This document shows positions 22,235 to 33,445 of a DNA stretch of 42,220 bases, one piece after another. How positions within the stretch are numbered: position 1 is the stretch's first letter; each line of letters starts with the position of its first letter. The stretch comes from an uncultured virus (IMG/VR IMGVR_UViG_2061766007_000300) (Duplodnaviria; Heunggongvirae; Uroviricota; Caudoviricetes): IMG/VR virus record IMGVR_UViG_2061766007_000300; one strand, written 5' to 3'. Under the pieces are notes generated by a model. The model saw nothing but the letters and a program-made list of their open reading frames with translations. It made no database searches and was not told the origin of the DNA. A program made the translations under genes and the position numbers.

Positions 22235-23871
22235 TGCCGGTTTATGGAGATACTGCAGAACTTTATAGTAATTATAGTTCAAATAATAATACACGTTTAG
22301 TTTATTGCGCATGGGGTACTCCACTTCCTACTATTGAATCAGCGGGTGGAACCGCCCCAACAGGATATACTTTTAAAGAATGGAATACAAATACGAGTGG
22401 GACAGGAACCTCTTATGCCCCTGGGGATACTACTCCATCAGTAAGTTTTTTATATGCGATATGGGAAGAAATACCTTATGACGTAACTATTTCTTATAAA
22501 GGTTCTACTATTGCTACTATGTCTAGTAGTGGTACTAAAACCCTTAATACGGCTGGAACATATTGCGAAGATGATATTACAATAGATTATACTAAAACTG
22601 GGATGACGGTAGTAGAAACTCTAGACCCTAATGGCGGTACAATAGTAAGTATTAGCGGCGACCCAGTAACTTCTCTTTAGGCTAAAACGGTTATTCCGAC
22701 TAGTCAATCGCAAACTATTAGTGCAGATAGTGGGTATGATGCGATTTCGGAAGTTTTAGTTTAGGGAGATAGTAATTTAATTGGCTCTAATATTGCAAGT
22801 GGAGTTTCAATATTTGGAGTAGTTGGAACTTTTGCAGGTGGCAGTGAAGATTTAAAGAATTTTATAGAATAGTATAATACAATAACTAGTTTTTCAAATT
22901 CAGAAGTAAGCACAATTGGTGGCGGAGCTTTTGCTTGCTGCTACAACCTCACAACAGTGAATTTTCCTTCGTGTACGAGTATTGGTAGTATGGCATTTGT
23001 TTATTGTTATAGTCTTACAACGGTGAGTTTCCCTTCATGTACGAATATCGGTGATAGCGCATTTTAGTATTGTTCCAATCTTATAACAGTAAGTTTTTCT
23101 TCGTGTACGAGTATTGGTAGCTACGCATTTTAGGATTGCTTTAGTCTTACAACGGTGAGTTTCCCTTCATGTACGAATATCGGTGATAACGCATTTGCTC
23201 ATTGTTACAGCCTTGCAACAGTGGACTTTCCTTCATGCACGAGTATCGGTAGTAACGCATTTTAGGATTGCTTTAGTCTTACAACGGTGAGTTTTCCATT
23301 GTGCACTAGTGTCAATGATTATGCATTTGCTTTTTGTACCAGTCTTACAACAGTAGATATTCCTTTGTATACGAGTATCGGTGACGGGATATTTTATAAT
23401 TGTACCAGTCTTACAACAGTAGATATTCCTTTGTGTACGAGTATTGGTAGCTACGCATTTGCTTATTGTTACAATCTTACAACGGTAAGCTTTTCTTTGT
23501 GTACGAATATCGGTAGCTACGCATTTTAGAGTTGTTCCAGCCTTGTAACGGTGAGTCTTCCTCTGTGCACAAGTATCGGCATCTACGCATTTTAGTCTTG
23601 TCACAATCTTGCAACGGTGAGCTTTCCTTCGTGCACGGATATCGGTAGCTCCGCATTTCGGTATTGCTATTCTTTAGTTTCTCTATATCTTACTGGGTCG
23701 AGTGTTGCGCGACTTTGGAATTCAAACGCTTTTTCCTCTACACCAATCGCAAGATACACCACTTCAACCGGCGGCGTTTACGGGAGTATTTTCGTTCCGT
23801 CCTCATTATATTCGACCTATATAGCATCAACTAACTGGACATACTTCTCGTCTCGAATTGTAAGCGTATAA
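22234..23871 (+). CDS. BspA-type leucine-rich-repeat (LRR_5) protein with an InlB-B-like repeat, code 15
   Basis: 546 codons; GYTFKEWNT; tandem 22-aa CTSIGxxAFxxCxxLTTVSFP repeats. Confidence 0.88.
22900..23670 (+). repeat. Tandem 66-bp LRR-coding repeats
   Basis: Recurrent TGTACGAGTATCGGTAGCTACGCATTT...CTTACAACGGTGAGTTT units. Confidence 0.85.
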
Positions 23872-23975
23872 AATTAATATAAAACGGGTAGCATAAGGGT
23901 CGCGCCCTAAGTGAGATAATGTGCCATAACACAAGCCGTTTAATAAATATAATAAATATTTTTATGGAGGTATTT

Positions 23976-25016
23976 ATGAAACTTCAAATTTTAGTTCCCC
24001 AATATCACGAAACAGACGAAATTATTAAACCTTTATTAGATTCAATCGCATTACAATAGGCAGTTTCTATGGAAGAAATAGGAGTTATAATTTGTAATGA
24101 TGGGTCAGATGTTCGTCTTTCAGAAAAACTTTTAAATTCTTATCCTTTTAAAGTTGAATATTATCTTGAGCCTCATCGTGGCGTAAGTGGCACTCGTAAT
24201 GCATGTTTTAATCATGCGACCGCAGATTATGTAATGTTTTGTGATGCGGATGATATGTTCTGTAATGTATGCGGTTTATGGATAATATTTAGAGAAATGC
24301 AAGGGAATGGGTTTGATAGCTTAGTTTCGGTATTTATTGAAGAATCACGTCTTCCGCAAGATATGCCTGAGCAAAGAGATTAGATGGGGAATGTAGTGAT
24401 GCCCGCTATGAAAAAGGGCAGTCCAATGTTTATTAACCATGATATGGATTCAACATTTGTCCATGGAAAAGTTCATCGTCGTCAATATTTACTTAACCAA
24501 AATATTCGTTGGAATGAGAAGCTTACTATCCATGAAGATAGTTTCTTTAATATCCAATGCTAGAATCTTTCAACAAATGTAAAGTATTGCTAGACGCCAT
24601 TTTATTTATGGAAATGGAGAGATGAAAGTGTTTGTCGGCATGACCCGAAATATATACTTAAAACTTATAAAAATATGATTGATAGTAACGATGCGCTTGT
24701 AGATGAATTTTTGAAGCGTAACGTAAAAAATAAAGCTATGTTCTTTACTGGGTTCCTTATTTTTGATGCGTATTATTTAATGAATAAACCTGAATGGCGC
24801 GATTAGGAAAATAAAGAATATAGAGATAGTACGGAAAAATATTTTGCAAAGTATTATAAAAAGAGAAAGAAATTATGGAATCAAATTTCTGATAGTGATA
24901 AAATGCAAATATCTAACCAAATTCGTACTCGTTCGGTAAATGAAGGAATGATGATGGAGAATGTTACGATTGACAATTGGTTAAAACATATTGAAAAACT
25001 TAACAAAGATAGATAA
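23976..25016 (+). CDS. Family 2 glycosyltransferase, code 15
   Basis: ILVPQY, ICNDGSD, GVSGTRN, MFCDADD, HEDS; 347 codons. Confidence 0.9.
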
Positions 25017-25050
25017 ATATAGAAATATATTTAAAAAGTGAGGTAGAAAA

Positions 25051-25956
25051 ATGGCTGTTGCAAAAGTCATATTAAATGGAAATACTTTAATTGATGTTAC
25101 GGATAAAACTGTAGCTAGTTCAAATTTAGTATCTCCAAATACCGCATTGGGCGCCGATGGAACAACTGTGACCGGCGCGTTAGTAGCAAAAAGTGCGTCA
25201 GATGTAACTGTGTCTGGCGCTACAACAACAATACCTGCGGGAGTTTATTCTTCACAGGTTTAGAAAACAGTTAGTAGCGGGACGGCGGGAACGCCTACTG
25301 CAACGAAAGGGACAGTTAGTAGTAATTCTGTTACTGTCACGCCGTCTGTTACAAATACTACAGGATATATTACCGGTGGAACTTTAACAGGTACCGCAGT
25401 GAATGTATCAGCTTCCGAATTGGTTAGTGGTACTAAAAATATTACGGCCTCCGGAACAGTTGATGTAACGAACTATGCATCAGCATCCGTAGCGGCAGGT
25501 TCTGTATCTATTTCTGCTACTACTATTACAGCGAATCCAACTATTAATATAAATGATACTACAGGTGTAATTACAGCATCGAATAATACTACATAGAACG
25601 TTACTCCTACCGTGAGTGCAGGATACGTTTCAAGCGGTACGGCGGGGACAATTACGGTTAGTGGAAGTAATACGTTAACAATTCCTCCGTGGAGTGGGGG
25701 AAGCTATGGGAAAATTATAATTACGCTTACAGTTAGTGGGTCAAGTTATTCTGCGGAAAGTGGCATGACATGGGAATAGTTTATTGCGAGTGAATATAAT
25801 ACAGCAAATTGGGTAGTAGGTAGTGATGGATATATTTATCCTAGTAGTGGTGGTCGACATAATTTAGCATATAGGATTGACTAGGGTCCGGATATATATA
25901 TTAAAAAAAATGATATTGTCGACCCTAATATAATTTATATTTGGTCCATGTGGTAA
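25051..25956 (+). CDS. Tail-fibre module protein, code 15
   Basis: 302 codons; PTATKGTVS...ELVSGTK...DVTNYAS module shared with 21677.. Confidence 0.75.
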
Positions 25957-25985
25957 TATATAGTATTATAATGAGGTGAAATAAA

Positions 25986-27171
25986 ATGGCGTTAGATAAA
26001 TTAATAGATAGCGCGCGTCTTGACGGCGCATTATCCGCCACTGCAACCGCTATTCTTTCAAAAACCGGTGGTTCAACTCCTTTGACATGGGATATGGATG
26101 AAGGTTTCGCTGATGTAATAGAAGATATCCCAACAGGCGGAGGCGGAGACAGTTCAAAAGACTTCATCGAGCAACATAATTGGATAACAAGTTTTACAGA
26201 TAGCACAATAAGTGTCATTGGAGCAGGGGCATTTGCATATTGCTATAGCCTTACAGAGGTAAGTATTCCTTCGTGCACAAGTATCGGTAGCTACGCATTT
26301 TAGTAGTGTCTCAAACTTACAACGGCGAGTTTTTCTTTGTGTACGAGTATCGGTAGCTACGCATTTTCTAATTGTTCTAGNNNNNNNNNNAAGTTTCCCT
26401 TCGTGCACAAGTATCGGTGGCTACGCATTTTATTCTTGTTACAATCTTACAACGGTAAGTTTCCCTTCATGTACGAATATCGGTGGCTACGCATTTTAGT
26501 ATTGTTCCAGGCTTACAACGGTAAATTTCCCTTCGTGCACGACTATTGGTAACTACGCATTTTATTCTTGTTCCAAACTTACAACGGTAAGTATTCCTTT
26601 GTGTACGAGTATCGGTGCCTACGCATTTTAGAGTTGTTTTAGTCTTACAACGGTAAGTTTTTCTTCGTGTACGTATATCGGTAACTACGCATTTTCTAAT
26701 TGCTCTAGTCTTACAACGGTAAGTATTCCTTTGTGTACGAGTATTGATAATGGTGCATTTACATGGTGTTCCAATCTTACAACGGTAAGCTTTTCTTTGT
26801 GTACGAGTATCGGTAGCTACGCATTTTCTAATTGTTCTAGTCTTACAACGGTGAGTCTTCCTCTGTGTACGAGTATCAAGAACTAGGTATTTGCATTTTG
26901 TTCCAGCCTTACAACGGTGAGCTTTCCTTCGTGTACGAGTATCGGTAGCTTCACATTCAGAGCATGCTATCGTCTAGTGTCTTTGTATCTTACTGGTTCA
27001 AGCATTGCATTTTTGTCGAATTCAAATGCATTTTCATCAACTCCAATAGAAGGATATACGACTTATACTAATGGAGTTTACGGGAGCATTTTCGTTCCAT
27101 CCTCATTATATTCGTCCTATATCGCATCGACAAACTGGACATATTTCTCATCTCGATTCGTGAGTGTATAA
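25986..27171 (+). CDS. Second BspA-type LRR_5 protein, code 15; contains an N-gap
   Basis: Same 22-aa repeats and near-identical C-terminal cap (SLYLTGSS...GSIFVPSSLY...NWTYFSSR). Confidence 0.85.
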
Positions 27172-27204
27172 ATAATTAATATAAAACGGGGTGAGTTTTT
27201 AATT

Positions 27205-27384
27205 ATGAGTAATTATTTAACAACAGGTATAGAATTAACTTCTATTGCTAATGCTATTCATACTGTGGGAGGTACTTCGGCTTCGTTAATATATCCGAGT
27301 GGGTTTATTAGTGCGATTTAGGGAATTTAGCCGAGTTTAGAAAGTTTAACGATAAATGAAAATAGGAGATTAAATGTATGGTAA
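27205..27384 (+). CDS. Small tail-fibre N-terminal-like protein, code 15
   Basis: LTSIANAI...LIYPSGFISAI(Q)GI. Confidence 0.55.
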
Positions 27385-27617
27385 TTTATGAACGTATAAA
27401 AGATACCGATTTAATTCTTGCATATTCAAACAATAATATGAAGATACGCTCCGATGAAACTGGAGCTATATATGAAGAAGCAATAGATCCAGATTTCTGT
27501 AATAGGACTTATACAGAAACAGATGAACCAATAGATGATATACTAACTTCTGAGCAAATAGTTGAAACTATTTTTGGAAATGGAGAAATTTCTGAGCAGT
27601 CGGAGGAAGAAGAATGA
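27378..27617 (+). CDS. Small tail-fibre chaperone-like hypothetical protein
   Basis: AYS...ETGAIYEEAID...RTYTETDEPI; AGGAG RBS. Confidence 0.65.
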   Translation: MVIYERIKDTDLILAYSNNNMKIRSDETGAIYEEAIDPDFCNRTYTETDEPIDDILTSEQIVETIFGNGEISEQSEEEE

Positions 27618-28027
27618 TTAGATTTACTAAACGATAGGCCGAAAAATATCGAGCCTTAATGAATAAAGCGGCGAATAGTTTAGACGATTCTGATGCGGCT
27701 TATGCCCCGATGCTTTTTGAAAGATGGGAAGAAGGAGTTTTATATGTAGTCGGCGCGCGAGTATGTTATGACGATAAGCTTTATAAAGTTTTAATCGAGC
27801 ATACTTCTTAGAGTGATTGGACGCCCGACGTATCTCCATCCTTATTTGCAGAGGTTCTTATTCCTGACCCAACCGTTATTCCTGAGTGGGTACAACCGAG
27901 TTCTACTAATCCATATATGATGGGTGATAAAGTTCGTCATAATAATAAAATATGGATTTCTATTGCGGACTATAATGTATGGGAACCCGGAGTTTACGGT
28001 TGGGATGAAGTTATAGAAAATAATTAA
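27614..28027 (+). CDS. CBM5/12-like carbohydrate-binding domain protein, code 15
   Basis: LYKVLIEHTS(Q)SDWTPDVSPSLF; WVQP...YMMGDKV...NVWEPGVYGW. Confidence 0.8.
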
Positions 28028-28041
28028 AGGGGTAAGTAATA

Positions 28042-28308
28042 ATGTATTATATTGTTATTGAAATTTAGAAGTCATTAATAAACAACGAAGTTAATGTCGC
28101 TTAGATAACTACTGTACATCCTACTCGTAGTGAAGCAGAACAAAAATACCATACAGTATTATCTTACGCCGCAGTTTCTGGCCTTTTATCTCATTCTGCG
28201 ACAATGTTGGATGAGAAGGGCTATTATATTAAGAGTGAATGCTATGTAACTAATCCGCCCGAGCCAGAACCGGAGCCAGAACCCGAAGTAAATAATGGAA
28301 AAGAATAA
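28042..28308 (+). CDS. Hypothetical protein with PE-repeat tail, code 15
   Basis: 89 codons ending PEPEPEPEP. Confidence 0.65.
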
Positions 28309-28310
28309 AA

Positions 28311-28345
28311 TAAAAGACTACGTATTAAATACGTAGTCTTTTTTA
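28311..28345. terminator. Bidirectional intrinsic terminator
   Basis: AAAAGACTACGTAT-taa-ATACGTAGTCTTTT between convergent units. Confidence 0.85.
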
Positions 28346-28879
28346 TTAATTATTATATTTTTTATCTTTCATAAACTCTCGTGCCTAAGCTTCTAACTAT
28401 TCTAATGTTCCATTATTTGCAATAACCATATCGTATAAATCTGGATTAAAATTCTCATATTTATCCGCACTATTATCTAAACTTTCTTGCGACGCGCGCT
28501 AGATAAGTATAGCTTGTGCATTAAAAGCAGTACGGAACTTTTCTATCTCAGAAGGTTCCCTTACATCAATAAAGAAAATTAATCTATCACTATCATAATC
28601 TCTCATGTCCATCCAACGACAAATAGTTCTTATATAGTTACTTACATCTTTAAATGGATAATTATTATAGTCTATTAAAAGCTATTTTAAATCCGCTAAA
28701 AACTTGCGGTCTTTCGGTTCTTTGTTTCCATCCCATCCACACTACTTTGCGATTTTTTTAACTCCGTCAATAGAAGAATAAATTCTTACATAAACGGGAT
28801 TTAGCGCAAAGCAGTAGTTCTCAAAAGTAGTTTTACCACTTCCAAGTTAAGGAAGGCCATTAATTATATAGACCTTCAT
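28346..28879 (-). CDS. P-loop (deoxy)nucleoside monophosphate kinase-like protein, code 15, with an in-frame TAA at codon 11
   Basis: MKVYIINGLP*LGSGKTT; KIAK(Q)CGWDG..DRKFLADLK; FFIDVREP; IANNGTLE. Confidence 0.75.
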
Positions 28880-29840
28880 TTATCATCACCTACCTTAGAT
28901 ATTCTAAATTTAATTTATTATAATCAGTATATTTAATTTCTATTAAAGGAATATTATTTAACTAACAATATTCTTTTTTTAATAAATCTCTTTTGTGTAA
29001 TTCTTGTAATTCTAAATCATTGTACCATGGCGCGAGGTGCATTTTTTTATACTCATCAAAATAATGTTGTTCACCCTAATATTCTATTAAACCAATTAAT
29101 TTATTTTCTGTATCAAAAATAGCAAAATCAAAATATAATGGCAATGGAGAATCTTTAGAATAGTCTCTTAAATTAGTAAAAGAAAATTGAGTTTTAAAAT
29201 TACATTTAAGCTCTTGTAAAATGCTCTATATTTTCTATTCACCTTTCGACTTTAAACACCCACATGATTGACATAATCCACTACGTAGTGATTTAGAAGT
29301 AGTTATTTTTAAATTACCGCAATCGCATTGGCATAACCACAAAAATCTATTATCAGAGTTTTTTCCAACATAAGAAAGAACTGTTAATTTACCATATTTG
29401 TTTCCAGTTTCATCTACAAAATTATTTTCTATCTTTTTCTATTTTGCACATTCATCACAACATTTATTTTTTCTTCTGTTTAAATTGGTTGTAGATAAAT
29501 ATATTATATTCCCACATTTACAAATACATTTCCAAATTCTTGATTTTTTCCCATCTTTTTTATTATCTTCTTTAAATAAAGAATCTATATATAAATTACC
29601 AATTTGTTGTCCAGCTAAATCTCCACCAGCGCGCGTAATATTAGACTCTTTAGCGCGTTCTCTCTACAAACATCCACATGATTTTGTATTGCCGTTGCGT
29701 AATGAAGTCCCAGAAACATCAACTTCATTACCACAATCACATCTACAATGCCAATATGCTTGCCCTTTACGACTTTCTACTTTATATAATACAGTTAAAC
29801 GCCCGTATTTATTGCCAATTTCATTTATAATTCTACCCAT
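28860..29840 (-). CDS. Free-standing homing-type endonuclease (CDCG repeats plus PD-(D/E)xK-like domain), code 15
   Basis: 327 codons; paralogous to 489..1208 and 7666..8421; late motif at 29867-29874. Confidence 0.82.
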
Positions 29841-29922
29841 AATAATACCTCTTTTTTCTTTCTAAATATAAGTGATAGTTATTATAAATGGGTATACTAA
29901 AATGGATACCATTTATCATATT

Positions 29923-29961
29923 TTATTTTCCTGGGAGGCCATTAATCAGGTATATTCTCAC
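29923..29961 (-). pseudogene. Orphan 5' end of the kinase gene (MRIYLINGLPGK*)
   Basis: GGAGG RBS plus GTG; peptide matches the downstream kinase N-terminus up to the P-loop. Confidence 0.7.
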
Positions 29962-30166
29962 GTATTTCCTCCTTTTTTAAATGGACATCAAGTCTTAAAA
30001 TTTCTTCGGTTTCTGCATCCCTTTCATAATCAACGCGATAGATTGTCCATTTTTTACTAAGTAATTCTAAAATTTTCTCATTTTGGATTTCTATTTCTGT
30101 AATAGTATCTTTTGGAAGATAAGTAGTATAATATAAAGTATGCCCTTTAGTTCCATTTTTCATCAT
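29942..30166 (-). CDS. Hypothetical protein
   Basis: 74-aa ORF with AGGAG RBS. Confidence 0.6.
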   Translation of the reverse strand: MMKNGTKGHTLYYTTYLPKDTITEIEIQNEKILELLSKKWTIYRVDYERDAETEEILRLDVHLKKEEIRENIPD

Positions 30167-30173
30167 TATATAT

Positions 30174-30401
30174 TTATCTCCTAAGTTCTACTAATTGTAT
30201 ACTATCTAATTTTTGTTTTAAGTGATGCGCGGCTTCTTCGTTCCAAGCATTATAGGATTCTATTGTCATTAGAGCTTCGGTTAAATCGGCTATAAGTTTA
30301 TCCTAGCACTTAGGGTATAGGCGCGCCTAGTATGGACAATTATCGCAAGGCTAGTTATTATCTGTACATCGTAAACCTATATCAATTAACTTCTCATACA
30401 T
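30174..30401 (-). CDS. Small Cys-rich hypothetical protein, code 15
   Basis: 76 codons; C...CDNCPY...C. Confidence 0.55.
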
Positions 30402-30862
30402 TCGGCGGCACCTCGTTTTGCGAGTTTATCTACTAATTCATTTTGTTCAATTCCTTGATGACCGGCGCATTTAATAAACATAATATCGAAGTCGTCGAAA
30501 TATGGAATTAAAATTTCCCATAAATCTTTATTAGCAACGGGCTTTTTACTACTATTTACCCATCCGTTATTCTTCCAATTTTTATACCAGCCTTCATTAT
30601 AGCAGTTTATAAGATATGCGCTGTCGCTAATTATATGAATACATTTCGTTTTTCCGTAGAAGGCGCGCGCCGCTTCAATTCCTTTAATAGCGGCCATAAG
30701 TTCCATTCGATTATTAGTAGTTCCGGCTTCTCCACCATAACCACTCACAACGGCACCTTCTAAATCAAGAAACATATAGGCCCATCCACCGCGCGCCTTA
30801 GATGTCCCATTTGCGCTCGTCGCACCATCAGTATAAACTTCAATAAAATCTTTCTTACTCAT
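30386..30862 (-). CDS. rnhA: Ribonuclease HI
   Basis: YTDG, TTNNRMEL, SDSAY, W..NGW...PVANKDLW, GH...NELVDKLA. Confidence 0.95.
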   Translation of the reverse strand: MSKKDFIEVYTDGATSANGTSKARGGWAYMFLDLEGAVVSGYGGEAGTTNNRMELMAAIKGIEAARAFYGKTKCIHIISDSAYLINCYNEGWYKNWKNNGWVNSSKKPVANKDLWEILIPYFDDFDIMFIKCAGHQGIEQNELVDKLAKRGAAECMRS

Positions 30863-31229
30863 TTATATATTCCCAAACTTCTTTCCAAATTTCGTGCGGC
30901 GCGCCCTGTGCGTCTGATATATCATCTAACCACTCATTTACATGACGACCACTTTCATTATTACGCATACGACCAAATAATTTATTTTTAAATAAAGAGT
31001 TATATTCTCTTAAAATATGAATATATTGCCATAACCCACAATCTAATACTACTTTGGTTTGATGCATCTGACTTACTGTAATTGCCATTTTTATACATAT
31101 CTTAGACTCAATATTATCTGCGACACCTGTAATATAAATATTATTATTATGCCGCTGCGCTTCTCCCCACATATTAATATATAATATATTAGTAAGTAGG
31201 CTATATTTCTTCTCTAATTCTTTATCCAT
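30855..31229 (-). CDS. Hypothetical protein
   Basis: 124-aa ORF after the sigma70-type promoter at 31263-31291. Confidence 0.7.
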   Translation of the reverse strand: MDKELEKKYSLLTNILYINMWGEAQRHNNNIYITGVADNIESKICIKMAITVSQMHQTKVVLDCGLWQYIHILREYNSLFKNKLFGRMRNNESGRHVNEWLDDISDAQGAPHEIWKEVWEYINE

Positions 31230-31356
31230 AATAATATATATTCTCCTTCTAATTCTACTATAATTATACCATATTTTTAATTAAATTGCAAATTTGTAGA
31301 CTTTTTATTCTAAATCTTTACTTATATCTAGGCGAAATATTTATGGAGGTATAAAT

Positions 31357-32425
31357 ATGAAGTTTAGACGAACTATTAAATTAGGTATGTCTGGGCCAGA
31401 CGTTTTATATATAAAAAAGTAGTTATTCGCGCTTGGGATGTACGACAGTAAAATAAAACGCATTATAAGTAATAAATTTCGTGTAGATAGTGTAAATGCT
31501 ACTAAAAATTTTTAGAATACTTATGATAGTATAAATGAAGGTCCTTTAGAAGTTACTGGGACTATATATGAAGCGTGCTGGGATGCGATTGAAGCCGCGG
31601 TAAGAGGCGAAATAAAACCAAAAGATGACCCGACACCGTCTCCAGAGCCAACTCCAGAACCGACTCCTACTCCTACTCCTACGCCTAGTGGTCTTTTAGA
31701 TTCTTATACTTGGATTACTCCTTCTAAGCGAAAAGTAATAGAATAGGACTTACTAGAAACTTGTGAAATGCGGCGTAATATATGTCTTGAAATACTTAAA
31801 TATGCGTTTGACCCAGATTTACGTGCTGGGAATGATGTAAGAGCTTTATATATGTGGGGCGGCAATTTATATAATACCGATTTAAAACTTAATATTGCGA
31901 CTAAAGCTAAGATAGAAGTTGGTGCGAAGCGCTATCCAGACAAATATAATGGCGGGCGAAAAGAATGGATGTTAAGTGAGGTAGAAAAAAATCCAAATTT
32001 AGCTGCTTCTGATTGTAGTGGAATGGAAGTAGGTTGGCTTCGTAAGTTTAAATTAACTAGTAATAAATTTGACTAGAACGCAAATAGCTTGGGTAGTACT
32101 TAGTTTTCAGCTAAATGTAGTAAAGAGGAAGCTTAGCCAGGTACATTCGCGCATAGAGACGGCCATTTAGGGACTTACGTCGGCGGCGGATATATTGTTG
32201 AGTTCGTGGGCGGCGCATATGGATGTTAGTTAACTGCGCGCGACAAGCGTAAAGTATGGAATTTCGTTGAAGGTAGAACTTAGACGATGAGTGCGTGGCA
32301 AGATTATTGGAATTTTAAGGAGCTTTTAAAGTATGACAGTTANNNNNNNNNNGGGTAAAACTTAGACAATGAGCGCGTGGCAAGATTATTGGAATTTTAA
32401 GGAGCTTTTAAAGTATGACAGTTAA
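31357..32425 (+). CDS. Endolysin: peptidoglycan-binding domain, PT/PE linker, NlpC/P60 domain, code 15; 3' end duplicated across the gap at 32343-32352
   Basis: GMSGPDV..IKK(Q)LFALG; YMWGG, SDCSG, GHLGTYVGGG; multiple in-frame TAG; late motif at 31319. Confidence 0.85.
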
Positions 32426-32768
32426 AGACGATTTCATTAAAAAAGTTTTAATTTGTATGTTTGTCTTTCTTACAATTTTTACTATCGGAATGATAATTAT
32501 TTTCCTTTAGACTGGAAGTACTCCTGATACTTTGATTGTAGCAGTTTTTGGTGCTTGCATGGGAGAATATTCTATCTGCGGTATTATTAAGAGGACAAAA
32601 GAGAAAGAAAAGACTGAAAGGATGAAGGAAGGGTTTGTAGAAGACCCGGAGAAATACTTCGAAGATGAAGTAGAAGAAACTGATGTAGGCGGCACAGTAT
32701 TTGAGCCATTAAGTTCGTACTTAAGTACTGCGCATGAAGAAGATATAGAATAGGAGGCTATTGATTAA
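32415..32768 (+). CDS. Putative holin (two TM helices), code 15
   Basis: 118 codons with a TAG between the TM helices; reading through the TAG at 32751 ends in TAATG coupling to the next gene. Confidence 0.7.
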
Positions 32769-33196
32769 TGGATACTGAATTTTTGTATGATTTATTTGTA
32801 CAGTTTGCTCCTCAGATTATTGAACTTATAATTCTTGTAGTTGGTATTTTAATTGTAAATGGACTTCGTAAACAAGGTGCAAATAAAGAACAAATTGCTT
32901 TAGTGGAGGAAGCTTATGCGATTCTTTCGAGGGCGGCGCGCACAACTAACCAAGTATGGGTAGAGGCCATTAAAGAGGCCGGCGGGAAACTTTCTGAAGA
33001 GGAGGCAGCTAAGGCCAGAGCAGATACAATTAGGGTATTTAAAGAAATGATTACTGAATCTATGGTATTTGCTATTGAGAAGCTTTATGGGTCCGTTGAT
33101 AAGTGGATTGAACTGAACCTTGAGAGCGCGGTTAATGAAGTTAAAGATGTTTTTCTTGTAGCGGAAGACTATGAGATAGAAGAAGAGGGAGAATAA
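32768..33196 (+). CDS. Putative LL-H-like holin
   Basis: N-terminal TM; A..TNQVWV...K...IE..LESAVNE pattern; located in the lysis cassette. Confidence 0.7.
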   Translation: MDTEFLYDLFVQFAPQIIELIILVVGILIVNGLRKQGANKEQIALVEEAYAILSRAARTTNQVWVEAIKEAGGKLSEEEAAKARADTIRVFKEMITESMVFAIEKLYGSVDKWIELNLESAVNEVKDVFLVAEDYEIEEEGE

Positions 33197-33271
33197 ATTT
33201 TAAGGTTTTTAAAACTTGAAAATTTTATAAAATTATAGTATTTGCGTGCGGGCGCGCGTATATTTAATAGG

Positions 33272-33306
33272 AAGAGAAAGTTAGATTTTAACTTTCTCTT
33301 TTTTTA
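33272..33306 (+). terminator. Intrinsic terminator after the lysis cassette
   Basis: AAGAGAAAGTTA-loop-TAACTTTCTCTTTTTTT. Confidence 0.8.
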
Positions 33307-33340
33307 TCTTAAATCAAATTTTAAAAATTTATTTTTAATT

Positions 33341-33369
33341 TTGAAAAGCTTTAAAATTTATGCTATAAT
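33341..33369 (+). promoter_or_regulatory. Sigma70/sigmaA-type early promoter
   Basis: TTGAAA-17 bp-TATAAT with extended TG. Confidence 0.85.
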
Positions 33370-33385
33370 TATTATAGAATAAAAA

Positions 33386-33430
33386 AAGATATTTACGGCA
33401 AATATTTATGGCGCAAATAAAAAATATCTT
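33386..33430 (+). promoter_or_regulatory. Leader stem-loop carrying the AGAY..ACGGCAAAU motif
   Basis: AAGATATT/AATATCTT stem; motif shared with the elements at 37728 and 38550. Confidence 0.6.
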
Positions 33431-33445
33431 GTAGAAGGAGAATTT

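Noticed and set aside
22900..27171. Diversity-generating retroelement TR/VR pair or CRISPR array
   Set aside because: The repeats are in-frame coding LRR units, differences are not adenine-specific, and no reverse transcriptase or cas gene is in the window
28844..29930. Classical group I intron in the kinase gene
   Set aside because: No P7 core sequences, little non-coding space, and no U at the expected 5' splice site
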